Positions 11,206 through 20,220 of a stretch of DNA of 64,000 nucleotides are shown here, in pieces. Each line of letters opens with the position of its first letter. The stretch's first letter is position 1. Where the stretch lies: contig OY970223.1 in assembly GCA_963714015.1 (NCBI GenBank), positions 1,216,001-1,280,000 of the forward strand, given 5' to 3'. The notes under the pieces are model-generated. The model was given only the letters and a program-made list of their open reading frames with translations. It did not search any database and was not told where the DNA came from. The position numbers were made by a program, and so were the translations under genes. This DNA comes from Vulcanimicrobiota bacterium (GTDB lineage Bacteria > Vulcanimicrobiota > Vulcanimicrobiia > Vulcanimicrobiales > Vulcanimicrobiaceae).

Positions 11206-12894
11206 CTACGGCTTACCGCCGGTCGCTCTTGCGCGAAATCCTTTGGGCGGGATGTTCTCGCTGGGAATCGCTGCCGGCGTAATCCCGAGCGAGGCACAGT
11301 TCATCGTGGTCGGAATGCGATTGACGACGCCGGCGGGGATCTCCGCGGCGGCTGCCGGAATCGCAGGTTTCGCGCCGGCTAAACGTTCGGGGTCGAATGC
11401 GCCGAAGAGGTTCGTAATGGCCGGATTAGCGTCGCGCGGGCCTTCGGGCATAACCGGCCGCTCGTCCGGCAGCGTAGAGAGCGGCGGCGTACCGAACACT
11501 GCTTCGGCAAACTTCACCACGGAAGCCGTGTCGCCGGCGTCGTGCACGACGACCCCCGATTTTGCGTATGGCGAGATAATCAACATCGGAACGCGAGGAC
11601 CGTCGCCGCACGCATGACCGTCGGAGCAGCGTTCGAAGTTGGGCGGCGGAACGTGATCGTAATAACCGCCCCCGTCGTCCCAAGCAATGACGATCGCGGA
11701 ATCTTTCCAGTATTTGCTGCGGGCGATCGCGTTTACGAACGTCGCGACGAACGCTTCACCGACTTCGTGATCCGAATCGCTCACGCCGGGATGATCGTCG
11801 TCACCGTAGGTGTGCGACTGTACGACCGGGTCGTCGTCGACGGGTCTCCATCCGAATGAGTTACGATCGCTGCCTTTGATGTAAAAAATGCCGCGTGAGG
11901 GAAGCGTGCCGTTTTGCAATTGACTGAGCATCAGCTTGAGCGGATGCTCGTTGTTCCAAAACACCGCATTCTTGCGCAGATAACCAAAGTATTGCGGACC
12001 GTTGTGATGGGTCACGTAACCGGCGTCGGCGGGCACATCCGGACCATTGTAACCTTCCTGATACCAGCCCCAAGGAATGGGGGCCCGGCCGCTGCGCGAG
12101 GCCGCCGCCAGGTCTTGGCGTACACCCGCGGTGTCGGCACTTGCGGCCGCGTCCGATTTTCCGCCCAGCGTAAGCATCAGCGTTGCGTAACGCTGGTCGA
12201 TCTGCAACGTCTTGTCGGCTTCGCCGCTTTCGTACGGCCCGAATGCCGGGTCGGCGTCTTGGTAAATCGGGTCGCCGACGCTCTTCGGATTCTTTGCGCG
12301 ATCGGCGGGGAAACGCGCCGCTTGACTCTGTCCGTCCTGCGCGGCAATGATTTCAACGTTGTTCGGCGTGGACGGTCCCGCAAGCGCTTGAAAGAAATGA
12401 TCGAACAACGTGAACGTCTTCGCGTATTTCCACAAGTAGGGCAGCGTGCCGCAGTCGTAGTGCGACATCGTCAGCAGACCGACCGCCTCGGCGCCGGACG
12501 AGTCGTATTCTTTCGCGGACGACTTTTCTTGCGCGGCCACAAACTGATCCATCGCACCGCCGTTCATCTTGGCCTCGACGACCTCACGGGCTTGCGACGG
12601 ACCCGACGTATCGGGGTCCGTGATGCGGAACGGCGTCACCCACTGCTTTCCAATGGGATCGTACTGGCGAAACCCGTGCGCGCGGGCAAGCGCAGTCGTC
12701 AGATTCTCGGCTCCGGGATACGTGCCGAAGTAATTGTCGAACGTGTGGTTCTCCTGATAGATCACGAAGACGTGTTTGATGCGCGACCGCACGAGTGAGG
12801 CGTCGGGTGTTGAAGGCGCGGCAGCGTAGAGTTGGCCGGAGCAAGCGCATAGCAAAGACGAGCACAGAAGCGGCAGAAGTGTACGCAACGTCAT
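11206..12894 (-). CDS. Phosphoesterase/phospholipase C-family lipoprotein (alkaline phosphatase superfamily)
   Basis: Lipobox LCAC; IKHVFVIYQENHTFDNYFG, GPSTPN, WDDGGGYYDHV, GPRVPMLIISPY. Confidence 0.92.
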   Translation of the reverse strand: MTLRTLLPLLCSSLLCACSGQLYAAAPSTPDASLVRSRIKHVFVIYQENHTFDNYFGTYPGAENLTTALARAHGFRQYDPIGKQWVTPFRITDPDTSGPSQAREVVEAKMNGGAMDQFVAAQEKSSAKEYDSSGAEAVGLLTMSHYDCGTLPYLWKYAKTFTLFDHFFQALAGPSTPNNVEIIAAQDGQSQAARFPADRAKNPKSVGDPIYQDADPAFGPYESGEADKTLQIDQRYATLMLTLGGKSDAAASADTAGVRQDLAAASRSGRAPIPWGWYQEGYNGPDVPADAGYVTHHNGPQYFGYLRKNAVFWNNEHPLKLMLSQLQNGTLPSRGIFYIKGSDRNSFGWRPVDDDPVVQSHTYGDDDHPGVSDSDHEVGEAFVATFVNAIARSKYWKDSAIVIAWDDGGGYYDHVPPPNFERCSDGHACGDGPRVPMLIISPYAKSGVVVHDAGDTASVVKFAEAVFGTPPLSTLPDERPVMPEGPRDANPAITNLFGAFDPERLAGAKPAIPAAAAEIPAGVVNRIPTTMNCASLGITPAAIPSENIPPKGFRARATGGKP

Positions 12895-13177
12895 CTCCTC
12901 AATGTGTCATCGGAACCTGAACGGCATATTAACTGAGCCGGCTGCGAACGCATGCCGATTTCGCAATTTAAATCGACGTTCTACGGGCCGGCGGGGCGGC
13001 CCGTACAGGTCCTTCAACTTCAAACTGGGCGAAGAGCGTCTAATGGCTAACCGGATTGCGTTGTTCTGTTGCACATCGACACCATACGCACCGTGCCCTG
13101 ACGCGTTGGCGAGAGCTTGCCGAACGGCATAACGCGTGCTAACATTTCGACACACCGGCCTTGGTTAGGGGACGCTG

Positions 13178-13912
13178 ATGTCGCGATTCCTTTTTGCTCT
13201 AGCGTGTGCTTTGGGATTGGCGCTGACGGCATGCGGCGGGAGCTCTAACGGCACCGTGAGCCCGGGAACGAAGCCTTCAGGCAACGGTTCGGGAGGCTCG
13301 ACTGCGGCGTTTTTGAGCATCGCACCCACGAGCATTCCCTTTGTGCCTAGTCACCACGAACAGGCATCATTTACTGTATCGGGCGCAGTGCTGCCCGTTA
13401 CCGTCAACGTTTCAAACCCCGATCTATTCGACCTCAGCGCTCCTAGTCAAAACGGGGCATCACTCACTTACACCGTTACGATTGTGGCAGGTTCGCAGGC
13501 TCCAGCTACCATTTCCCTCCGGGATTCGTCCGGAGCGAAGGGAACCGTGAGCGTCATCACGCCGGACTGTCCGATTCCTCCGCCGAATATTTTCGAAGCT
13601 TTTCCCCCAAATCAGTCAACCGGACAAAACCCAACCTCGATTTATTTCGCCGTTAATAACGCCTATTCGCAAGAATTTGCGCCAGGGCTTACGTTGCGAA
13701 TGTTCGATGGAAACGGTAATGTTTCGTATGGGTCCACATTGATGCCCGCTGCTTCATTGCCGAAAGGCTCCGCAAGTCCGCCGCCGGGATATTCTATCTA
13801 TTTCAGCGCCGCCGCGCCGGCGCTCACTCCTTCAACGACATACTACGCGCAGGTCATAAGCAAAGCTTACCCATGTCTGGATCCAATGGTTACCGCAACG
13901 TTCTCTACGTGA
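13178..13912 (+). CDS. Hypothetical lipoprotein, Ser/Thr/Pro-rich, beta-sandwich-like
   Basis: Signal peptide with LTAC-GG lipobox; RBS AGGGG; visibly more AT-rich than flanks. Confidence 0.7.
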   Translation: MSRFLFALACALGLALTACGGSSNGTVSPGTKPSGNGSGGSTAAFLSIAPTSIPFVPSHHEQASFTVSGAVLPVTVNVSNPDLFDLSAPSQNGASLTYTVTIVAGSQAPATISLRDSSGAKGTVSVITPDCPIPPPNIFEAFPPNQSTGQNPTSIYFAVNNAYSQEFAPGLTLRMFDGNGNVSYGSTLMPAASLPKGSASPPPGYSIYFSAAAPALTPSTTYYAQVISKAYPCLDPMVTATFST

Positions 13913-13997
13913 CGTGAAGGCCGGGCTGTCGTTTAGCGAACTGAACCCCGACTCTCTTGAATCGGGGTGCTATTTGGCCACCTAACGGAGAACCGTT

Positions 13998-15161
13998 CTA
14001 GTCTTCGAAGCGTAAGCTCGCCGGTTTTGGCGGGATCTCCGTATAAGCCATCGGACGATCCCACCAATCATGAGCGCGCCGGCGGATCTGCTCCGGCGTG
14101 GGCTCGGGCGGCTTTTTCAACTGCAGCGCCAGATCGTACGCATCGGCGTACCGGTCGATCATACGTTCCACTGAGAACTCGTCCTCGACGCGCTTGCGGC
14201 ATGCGGCGCGATCGAGACGCGCCAGTTCGGGAACGCGCGCCGCGGCATCCTCGACCGAATCGCAGACGAACCCCGTAACGCCGTCGACGACGACCTCCGG
14301 AACGGAGCCCATATTCGCGCCGATCACCGGTGTGCCGCAAGCCATTGCTTCAACCATCGTCAGGCCGAAGCGTTCGGGACGCGTCGTCATGTGCACGAGC
14401 GCGAGCGCATTGGTGAGCAGCTCGTCTCTTTCCCGGCGGCGCACTTCACCCAAGAATTGAATCTGCTCGCCGTCGATGTGCGGCTCGACTTGCGTGTGAA
14501 AGTACGCGTCGTCTTGGGGAATCGCTGCAATTTTCAGTTGTTTGCCCGAGCGTTTGGCGATTTCGATGGCCAAATGCGTGCCCTTCTCGGGGTGGAAGCG
14601 TCCAAGGAAGACGAGATACTCGCCTGCCTTTGAACTAAACGTGAACTCCTGCGGGTCGATCCCGTTATACGTCGTCGCCAAATACGACAGTCCCGGATCG
14701 CGATCGGCGTCGCTTATGGAGCAGTAGAAGCTGCGATTGGCGCAAGCATAGTACGCTGCGAGTATCTGCGGGCTTGAAAAACCGTGCACGGTCGTGAGCA
14801 TCGGCGGCGATGCGCAAGCCATTGCGTACGTCATCGGCTTCCAGTCGAAGTTGTTGTGGATCAAGTCGAAGTCGCCGGCCCGCTCCATCAGACGCGCGAT
14901 GTGCAGCGCCGAGAATACCTCAGCATTCAGCGCCGGATCTTCCGCAATGCCTACCGAGACGACGGATTCCAGACGTCCTTCGAACTGCGAATTGCCCGGC
15001 GCGAAGAGCGTGACGTCGGCGCCCCTGCGCCGCATGCCGTCGGCGATGTTGAAGGCGATTTGCTCCCACGGTCCATATCCGGGAGGCGGAACGGGCCACG
15101 TGATCGGAGCCAATACGGCGAGGCGAAGTCCCTGCAAACTCACGGCAGGGGCTTTACCCAA
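13998..15161 (-). CDS. Glycosyltransferase family 4
   Basis: VPPPGYGPWE, FLGRFHPEKG, ERFGLTMVEAMACGTPVI. Confidence 0.93.
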   Translation of the reverse strand: MGKAPAVSLQGLRLAVLAPITWPVPPPGYGPWEQIAFNIADGMRRRGADVTLFAPGNSQFEGRLESVVSVGIAEDPALNAEVFSALHIARLMERAGDFDLIHNNFDWKPMTYAMACASPPMLTTVHGFSSPQILAAYYACANRSFYCSISDADRDPGLSYLATTYNGIDPQEFTFSSKAGEYLVFLGRFHPEKGTHLAIEIAKRSGKQLKIAAIPQDDAYFHTQVEPHIDGEQIQFLGEVRRRERDELLTNALALVHMTTRPERFGLTMVEAMACGTPVIGANMGSVPEVVVDGVTGFVCDSVEDAAARVPELARLDRAACRKRVEDEFSVERMIDRYADAYDLALQLKKPPEPTPEQIRRRAHDWWDRPMAYTEIPPKPASLRFED

Positions 15162-15171
15162 TTCACCACCC

Positions 15172-16044
15172 TCAAACGAATTGCGACGTCAAAAGCTGCA
15201 GCTTACGCTCCGACTCAGAACCGGGTTCCGCGGTATACACGATGAGCCGCATATCCGGAAAGTCCGGCACGAAGAGCGTCGTGTGATCCAGGATCATCTC
15301 GCCGACTTGAGGATGAAAGAACTGCTTCATCCCCTGCGTGGCATCGCAAACGTCGTGCTGCGCCCACCAGCGCCGAAAGTGTTCGCTTTGCGCCTGCAGC
15401 TCGGAGATCAGCACGCGAAACTTGGCGTCGTCCGGATAACGCGCCGCCACCGAGCGCACTTGAGCGACGATGTTCGGACCGATGGCCTCCCATTGCGGAT
15501 GACGTTGCCGCGACTTCGCGTTCATGAAGAACGACCAAAGCATGTTGCGCGGAACTTCTTCGTCCTGCGGCATGTAGCAAAGCGTCGCGCGCCAAGAGCG
15601 GTTGAAAGCGAGCAGATCCCAGCGGCGTCCGCGAATGTACGCCGGCGCAGGATTGAGCGCGTCCAGCGTGCGTCGCAGCACCTCGCTCACGATCTCGTCG
15701 GGGGCGTCCTGGGTCTCCGGAATTTGGTGACCTGCCAGCGTGAACAAATGTCGCCGTTCGGTTTGCGTGAGGCGCAGCGCTCGCGCAATCGCCTCCAGCA
15801 CGTCGCTCGAAACGTTGATCGGCAAACCTTGTTCGAGACGCGTGTACCACGTCGATCCCATGTTGGCGAGAAGGGCGACTTCCTCGCGGCGCAACCCCGG
15901 CGTGCGTCGGCGCGGTCCTTCTAGTAGACCTACGTCCGAGGGCGCGAGACGCGCTCGCCGCGTGCGGAGAAAGTCGCTTAGCTCCTCACGCCGGTCCGCG
16001 TCCCCCATCGGGACGTTCAGTCCTAGATTCGTGTTTTCTGCCAA
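15172..16044 (-). CDS. MmyB-family (XRE HTH + PAS-like) transcriptional regulator
   Basis: ELSDFLRTRRARL, RRRTPGLRREEVALLA, WYTRLEQG, FRRWWAQHDV; TTG start 16044 with GGAGG RBS (alternative ATG 16008). Confidence 0.92.
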   Translation of the reverse strand: MAENTNLGLNVPMGDADRREELSDFLRTRRARLAPSDVGLLEGPRRRTPGLRREEVALLANMGSTWYTRLEQGLPINVSSDVLEAIARALRLTQTERRHLFTLAGHQIPETQDAPDEIVSEVLRRTLDALNPAPAYIRGRRWDLLAFNRSWRATLCYMPQDEEVPRNMLWSFFMNAKSRQRHPQWEAIGPNIVAQVRSVAARYPDDAKFRVLISELQAQSEHFRRWWAQHDVCDATQGMKQFFHPQVGEMILDHTTLFVPDFPDMRLIVYTAEPGSESERKLQLLTSQFV

Positions 16045-16186
16045 TTCGATGCCTCCCCGAAGAGCGCGGCCAGGTAGGGGACCACTCGCAGTACTAGGAT
16101 AAAAGCGGTCTCGTCGTAGTATCCTGTAGCGGCTATCATAGCACCTAGGGCGCAGATCGTCTACGCGTCCAGGAGATTCCCACTCG

Positions 16187-17755
16187 ATGCAAACCGCAGT
16201 GCGCACGCCGTTGCGCGCCGAGTTTCCCATTGCTAAAAGGCCGCCGCATCTGCACGCCGTCGTCCCGGCCTCGCTGGTGGAGTACGGCGCGCGGCGCATC
16301 ATCGTCGTCGCCGGCGTCATGCTGGCGGCGCTGCTGCAGACCATCGACACGACGATCGTCAACGTCGCGCTGCCCACGATCCAAGGCAATCTCGGCGCTT
16401 CAGTCGACGAGGGGGCTTGGGTGGTTACCGCCTACGTCATCGCCAACGTCGTGGTCATTCCGCTGGCGCCTTGGCTGCAGCGGCGGTTCGGGCGCAAGAA
16501 CTACTTCATCGTCTCCATTATCGGATTCACCGCGGCCTCTATGCTCTGCGGTCTGGCGACCAGCTTGCCGAGCCTCATTCTGTTCCGAATCGTCCAGGGC
16601 GCGTTCGGCGGCGGACTGCTCTCGACGGCGCAACTGATTCTGCGCGACACGTTTCCGGCCGAGCAGCTGGGCACGAGCCAGTCGATCTTTGCTTTCGCGA
16701 CGATCATCGGTCCGTCGGTCGGACCGACACTCGGCGGGATCATCACCGACAACGCGTCGTGGCCCTGGGTCTTCGACATCAATCTGGTTCCCGGCGCCGC
16801 CGCCGTGGTGATCCTGTGGTTCTTTCTGCGGGATCACACCAAACCGCAGCGCGAGAACGTGGATGCAGTCGGAATCGGGCTGCTCATAGTGACCGTAGCA
16901 TCGCTGCAGTTCGTGCTCGATCAGGGCCAGCAGTACGACTGGTTTTCCGATTCGCGAATCGTTTTCTGTTCCTTTACGGCGATTGCCGGCGCCATAGCCT
17001 TCGTTTGGTGGGAGCTCACCGTCTCCTCGCCAGTCGTCGATCTGCGCGTGCTGCGTCATCGCCCCGTCGTCGTGGCTTCGCTCGTCGCCGTCGCGAATGC
17101 CGTCAGTGTCTTCGGCGTCGGCTTGCTGCTGCCGCAGTGCACGATCGATCTGCTCGGGTTCACGTCGACGCAGGCCGGTATGCTCATCGGTGCGCGCGCC
17201 CTGCCGATAGCACTGCTTACGATTCCGATTGGACGAATCGCCAACGCGAAAGGCATCGATTTGCGCGTAATGATCGGCGGCGGACTCTTCATTGCGGGAC
17301 TCGGCGCGCTTTGGGTTTCTCAAACGCTCACGATGCAGACCGACTTCGACTCGCTGGTGTTGCCGCTGATGTTCTGCGGGTTCGGCATCGCATTTATCTA
17401 CTCGCCGCTTCTGGTTGCAACGCTCCGATCCGTGCCTCCCACTGAGGGTCCCAAAGTGGCTGCGTTTCTGATTCTTGCGCTCCAACTGGGCGGTTCGGCG
17501 TCGATCGCGTCGCTCGTCGCCCTTGCGGATCGCCGCACCCAGCTGCATCAGAGCCAATTGGCGGCGCAAGCGACGCTGAGCCGGCCGCAGATTGCAGCGT
17601 TCCTTTCCTCGCATCCGGTCGCCGATCTCTATCACCTGATCGCTTCGCAATCTGCCGTCATGGCCTACGCCGACGTGCTGTTTGCCGCAGGCTGCATTGC
17701 GGTCGTTTTTTCACCCTTCGTCTCTTTGCTTACTCAGAAAGGATCTGCACGATGA
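16187..17755 (+). CDS. DHA2 (EmrB/QacA) family MFS efflux transporter
   Basis: IDTTIVNVALP, WVVTAYVIA, RIVQGAFGG, GPTLGG, GQQYDWF; divergent from MmyB regulator. Confidence 0.94.
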   Translation: MQTAVRTPLRAEFPIAKRPPHLHAVVPASLVEYGARRIIVVAGVMLAALLQTIDTTIVNVALPTIQGNLGASVDEGAWVVTAYVIANVVVIPLAPWLQRRFGRKNYFIVSIIGFTAASMLCGLATSLPSLILFRIVQGAFGGGLLSTAQLILRDTFPAEQLGTSQSIFAFATIIGPSVGPTLGGIITDNASWPWVFDINLVPGAAAVVILWFFLRDHTKPQRENVDAVGIGLLIVTVASLQFVLDQGQQYDWFSDSRIVFCSFTAIAGAIAFVWWELTVSSPVVDLRVLRHRPVVVASLVAVANAVSVFGVGLLLPQCTIDLLGFTSTQAGMLIGARALPIALLTIPIGRIANAKGIDLRVMIGGGLFIAGLGALWVSQTLTMQTDFDSLVLPLMFCGFGIAFIYSPLLVATLRSVPPTEGPKVAAFLILALQLGGSASIASLVALADRRTQLHQSQLAAQATLSRPQIAAFLSSHPVADLYHLIASQSAVMAYADVLFAAGCIAVVFSPFVSLLTQKGSAR

Positions 17756-18109
17756 TTCCATCCGAAGCCATTCCGTCGTGCCGCGAGTCTGCTCGTTGCG
17801 CTGCTGGAGTTCGCCGACGGCGATCCGGCGCCGCGCCGCCACGCCGCTCACGTCTACCGCGCTTATCTGCATGCGCTGCGCGCCGAATCATCCACTGCGC
17901 GGGAGCGTCGCTGGAAGCGCTTCGTCAACGCGCTGGCCGCGCACATCGGCTATGCGGGCGACTCAAACGCGAACGCTTCCATCCTTCACGAAATGGTTGC
18001 CGAGAACGCGGATCTTCTGGAAACTTCTACACTGTGGCGTTTTCGTATGCCAGCACGACTTGACGCGCATGCTCTATCGCGTCTTGCCGGAGCTGCGGCG
18101 GGTCGATGA
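17752..18109 (+). CDS. Possible small hypothetical protein, frameshifted near 17773
   Basis: ATGA overlap with MFS stop; removing one C gives MIPSEAIRRAASLLVALLEFADGDPAPRRHAAHVYRAYLHAL... with GC3-rich codons; 3' end uncertain (overlaps WYL gene). Confidence 0.4.
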
Positions 18110-18983
18110 CCCGCACGCACGCGCCCCACGAAGCAACGCTTGAGAGCGCCATCCGGTACTCCGGAAATCTGACGCAGAGCGTCTTTCCATGCGGTTCTTC
18201 CCGCAGGACGTCGACGTCGCTGTAGGCGGTCATCGTAACCATTTCGACCCATTCGGTTGGAACGAATACGATGGCTTCGCAGGCGTTCACCGTACGCTCG
18301 ACCGCGCTCATCGAGGAACGCCAGTGCTGCTCCAAATCAAAGTCCGCCGGACGCTGGAACACCGTGATCAGCATTTCCACCTCGACGATGCGATCGACGC
18401 GGAACGAACGCATGTCGCCGCCCGGCTCACGCGCGATTAAATACCAGATCCCGGCTTTGGAGACGAGGCCGAACGGATCCGCGATACGGTTCGTCGAGTT
18501 TCCCGCGCGGTCGCGGTAGGCGATCCGCAACTGGCGGTCGTCCCAGACGGCGCGCCGCAATTCTGCAAGAACGGGCGCGGGCTGCGCGGTGCGATACCAC
18601 TTATTGTGATCGAGAAAGATGCGCTGACGGGCTTGCTCGGCGGCGCGGCGCTGCAGCTCGGGTAATGCGCCGGAGAGCTTGACCAGGGCGTCGCGATGTC
18701 CGGTGACGCCCAGTTCGGAGAGAGGATCGGCGGCTGCGAGAAAGAGCGCGTGCAATTCGTCGGTGTTGAAACGCGTGATCGCTTGGCGATACCCCTCGGC
18801 CAATGCGATTCCGCCGTTGCTTCCGCGTTCCGCATACACCGGAACGCCCGCAGCACCCAAGCTGTCGGCGTCGCGATAAACCGTGCGCTTCGATACTTCC
18901 AATGCGCCCGCAAGCTCGCGCGCGCTGCGCGGACTACGCGCCTGCAGCATCAGCAGCATCGATAGGAGTCTGTCGGATTTCAT
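18027..18983 (-). CDS. YafY/PafB-like HTH-WYL-WCX transcriptional regulator
   Basis: MKSDRLLSMLLMLQ, ELAGALEVSKRTVYRD, DPFGLVSKAGIWYL, RSFRVDRI. Confidence 0.95.
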   Translation of the reverse strand: MKSDRLLSMLLMLQARSPRSARELAGALEVSKRTVYRDADSLGAAGVPVYAERGSNGGIALAEGYRQAITRFNTDELHALFLAAADPLSELGVTGHRDALVKLSGALPELQRRAAEQARQRIFLDHNKWYRTAQPAPVLAELRRAVWDDRQLRIAYRDRAGNSTNRIADPFGLVSKAGIWYLIAREPGGDMRSFRVDRIVEVEMLITVFQRPADFDLEQHWRSSMSAVERTVNACEAIVFVPTEWVEMVTMTAYSDVDVLREEPHGKTLCVRFPEYRMALSSVASWGACVRVIDPPQLRQDAIEHARQVVLAYENATV

Positions 18984-19318
18984 TTTGAAAGGCGCTCCGG
19001 CCTAGCCTCCGCGCCCCCCACGCTAAAGCGCGGGGCCCCCATCACCGTGGCGCGCGCACGATTCGTTCTTACGGAAGCCTCCCCGTGGGCGCGCCGAACA
19101 AAGATTTGTGCAACTCGCTCCGGCCTAGCCTCCGCGCCCCCCACGCTAAAGCGCGGGGCCCCCATTTCCGTGGCGCGCGCACGATCCGTTCTTACGCGAG
19201 CCTCCCCGTGGGCGCGCCGAACAAAGATTTGTGCAACTCGCTCCGGCCTAGCCTCCGCGCCCCCCCCGCTAAAGCGCGGGGCCCCCATTTCCGTGGCGCG
19301 CGCACGATCCGCGATCAT
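18980..19318 (-). CDS. Repeat-encoded 112-aa ORF (41-aa repeat), ATGA-coupled to both neighbours
   Basis: ATG 19318 overlaps the HMG-CoA lyase TGA; its TGA (18982-18980) overlaps the WYL ATG; MIADRARATEMGAPRFS...ERLSK. Confidence 0.45.
   Translation of the reverse strand: MIADRARATEMGAPRFSGGGAEARPERVAQIFVRRAHGEARVRTDRARATEMGAPRFSVGGAEARPERVAQIFVRRAHGEASVRTNRARATVMGAPRFSVGGAEARPERLSK
18993..19311. repeat. Tandem repeat, 123-bp period, about 2.6 copies (starts 18993, 19116, 19239), REP/BIME-like hairpins
   Basis: CGCTCCGGCCTAGCCTCCGCGCCCCCCACGCTAAAGCGCGGGGCCCCCAT... recurs three times with few substitutions; 73-bp block x3 and 50-bp linker x2. Confidence 0.97.
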
Positions 19319-20220
19319 CCCGCGGCGCGCTCCATGGCTTGAAAAGCTTTGCTGGTCAGCTCGTGATCCAAAACGCCCGCGATGAAGCGCGAGGCTGCGC
19401 GAACTTTCGTCAAATCGACGCCGGTCCGGATCTGCATGCCGTGCAGCATGTACAGCAGGTCTTCGGTGCCGAGATTTCCGGTGGCTCCGGGCGCGTAGGG
19501 GCAACCGCCCAGACCACCGCTGCTGGAGTCGAAGATTTCGATGCCGTGCTGAAGGGCGGCGTACACGTTTGCAAGCGCCGTCCCACGCGTGTCGTGAAAG
19601 TGCATGGCGAGCTTCGAGATCGGAATCTCTTGCCGCAGAAGCGGAACGAGCTCGTCAACCTGCGAGGGAACGCCCACACCGATGGTGTCCCCGATCGAAA
19701 TTTCGTCGCAGCCGAGGTCTAAGAGCCGCCGCGCGACCTGCGCAACCATCACGGGCTCGATTCGATCTCCGAAGGGCGAACCGAAAGCCGTGGACACGTA
19801 ACCGCGCACCCACATGTCGTTTTCCTTCGCGTTGCGCACGACGTCGCGAAACGTTTCGATCGACTGGTCGATCGTCATGTTGATATTGCGGCGGGTGAAC
19901 TCTTCGGATGCCGCCGTAAATACGCCGATAGCGTCTGCACCGGCGGCTTTCGCGCGCTCTAATCCTTTGACGTTCGGTGCGAGTACGGGATAGCGCACGC
20001 CGGAGCGCCGGTCGATCTTCGAAAAGACTTCCGCCGCGTCCGCGAGCTGCGGAATCGCCTTTGGGCTCACGAACGACGTCGTCTCGATCAGCGGCAGTCC
20101 GGATTCGGACAGCATGTCGATGTAGCGCACTTTATCGGCGGTCGAAACGACGGTGTGCTCGTTCTGAAGTCCGTCGCGCGGGCCCATCTCGCAAACCCGG
20201 ACGGCTGTTGGCAGACTCAT
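19315..20220 (-). CDS. Hydroxymethylglutaryl-CoA lyase (LiuE/HmgL-like)
   Basis: EMGPRDGLQNE, SFVSPKAIPQLAD, HFHDTRG, GGLGGCPYAPGATGN; ATG at 20220. Confidence 0.96.
   Translation of the reverse strand: MSLPTAVRVCEMGPRDGLQNEHTVVSTADKVRYIDMLSESGLPLIETTSFVSPKAIPQLADAAEVFSKIDRRSGVRYPVLAPNVKGLERAKAAGADAIGVFTAASEEFTRRNINMTIDQSIETFRDVVRNAKENDMWVRGYVSTAFGSPFGDRIEPVMVAQVARRLLDLGCDEISIGDTIGVGVPSQVDELVPLLRQEIPISKLAMHFHDTRGTALANVYAALQHGIEIFDSSSGGLGGCPYAPGATGNLGTEDLLYMLHGMQIRTGVDLTKVRAASRFIAGVLDHELTSKAFQAMERAAG

Noticed and set aside
13913..13997. tRNA or riboswitch between convergent genes
   Set aside because: Only one hairpin; no cloverleaf, TTC loop or recognisable aptamer motif
18993..19311. CRISPR array
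   Set aside because: The linkers are near-identical rather than unique spacers, the repeat block is 73 bp, and there are no cas genes in the window
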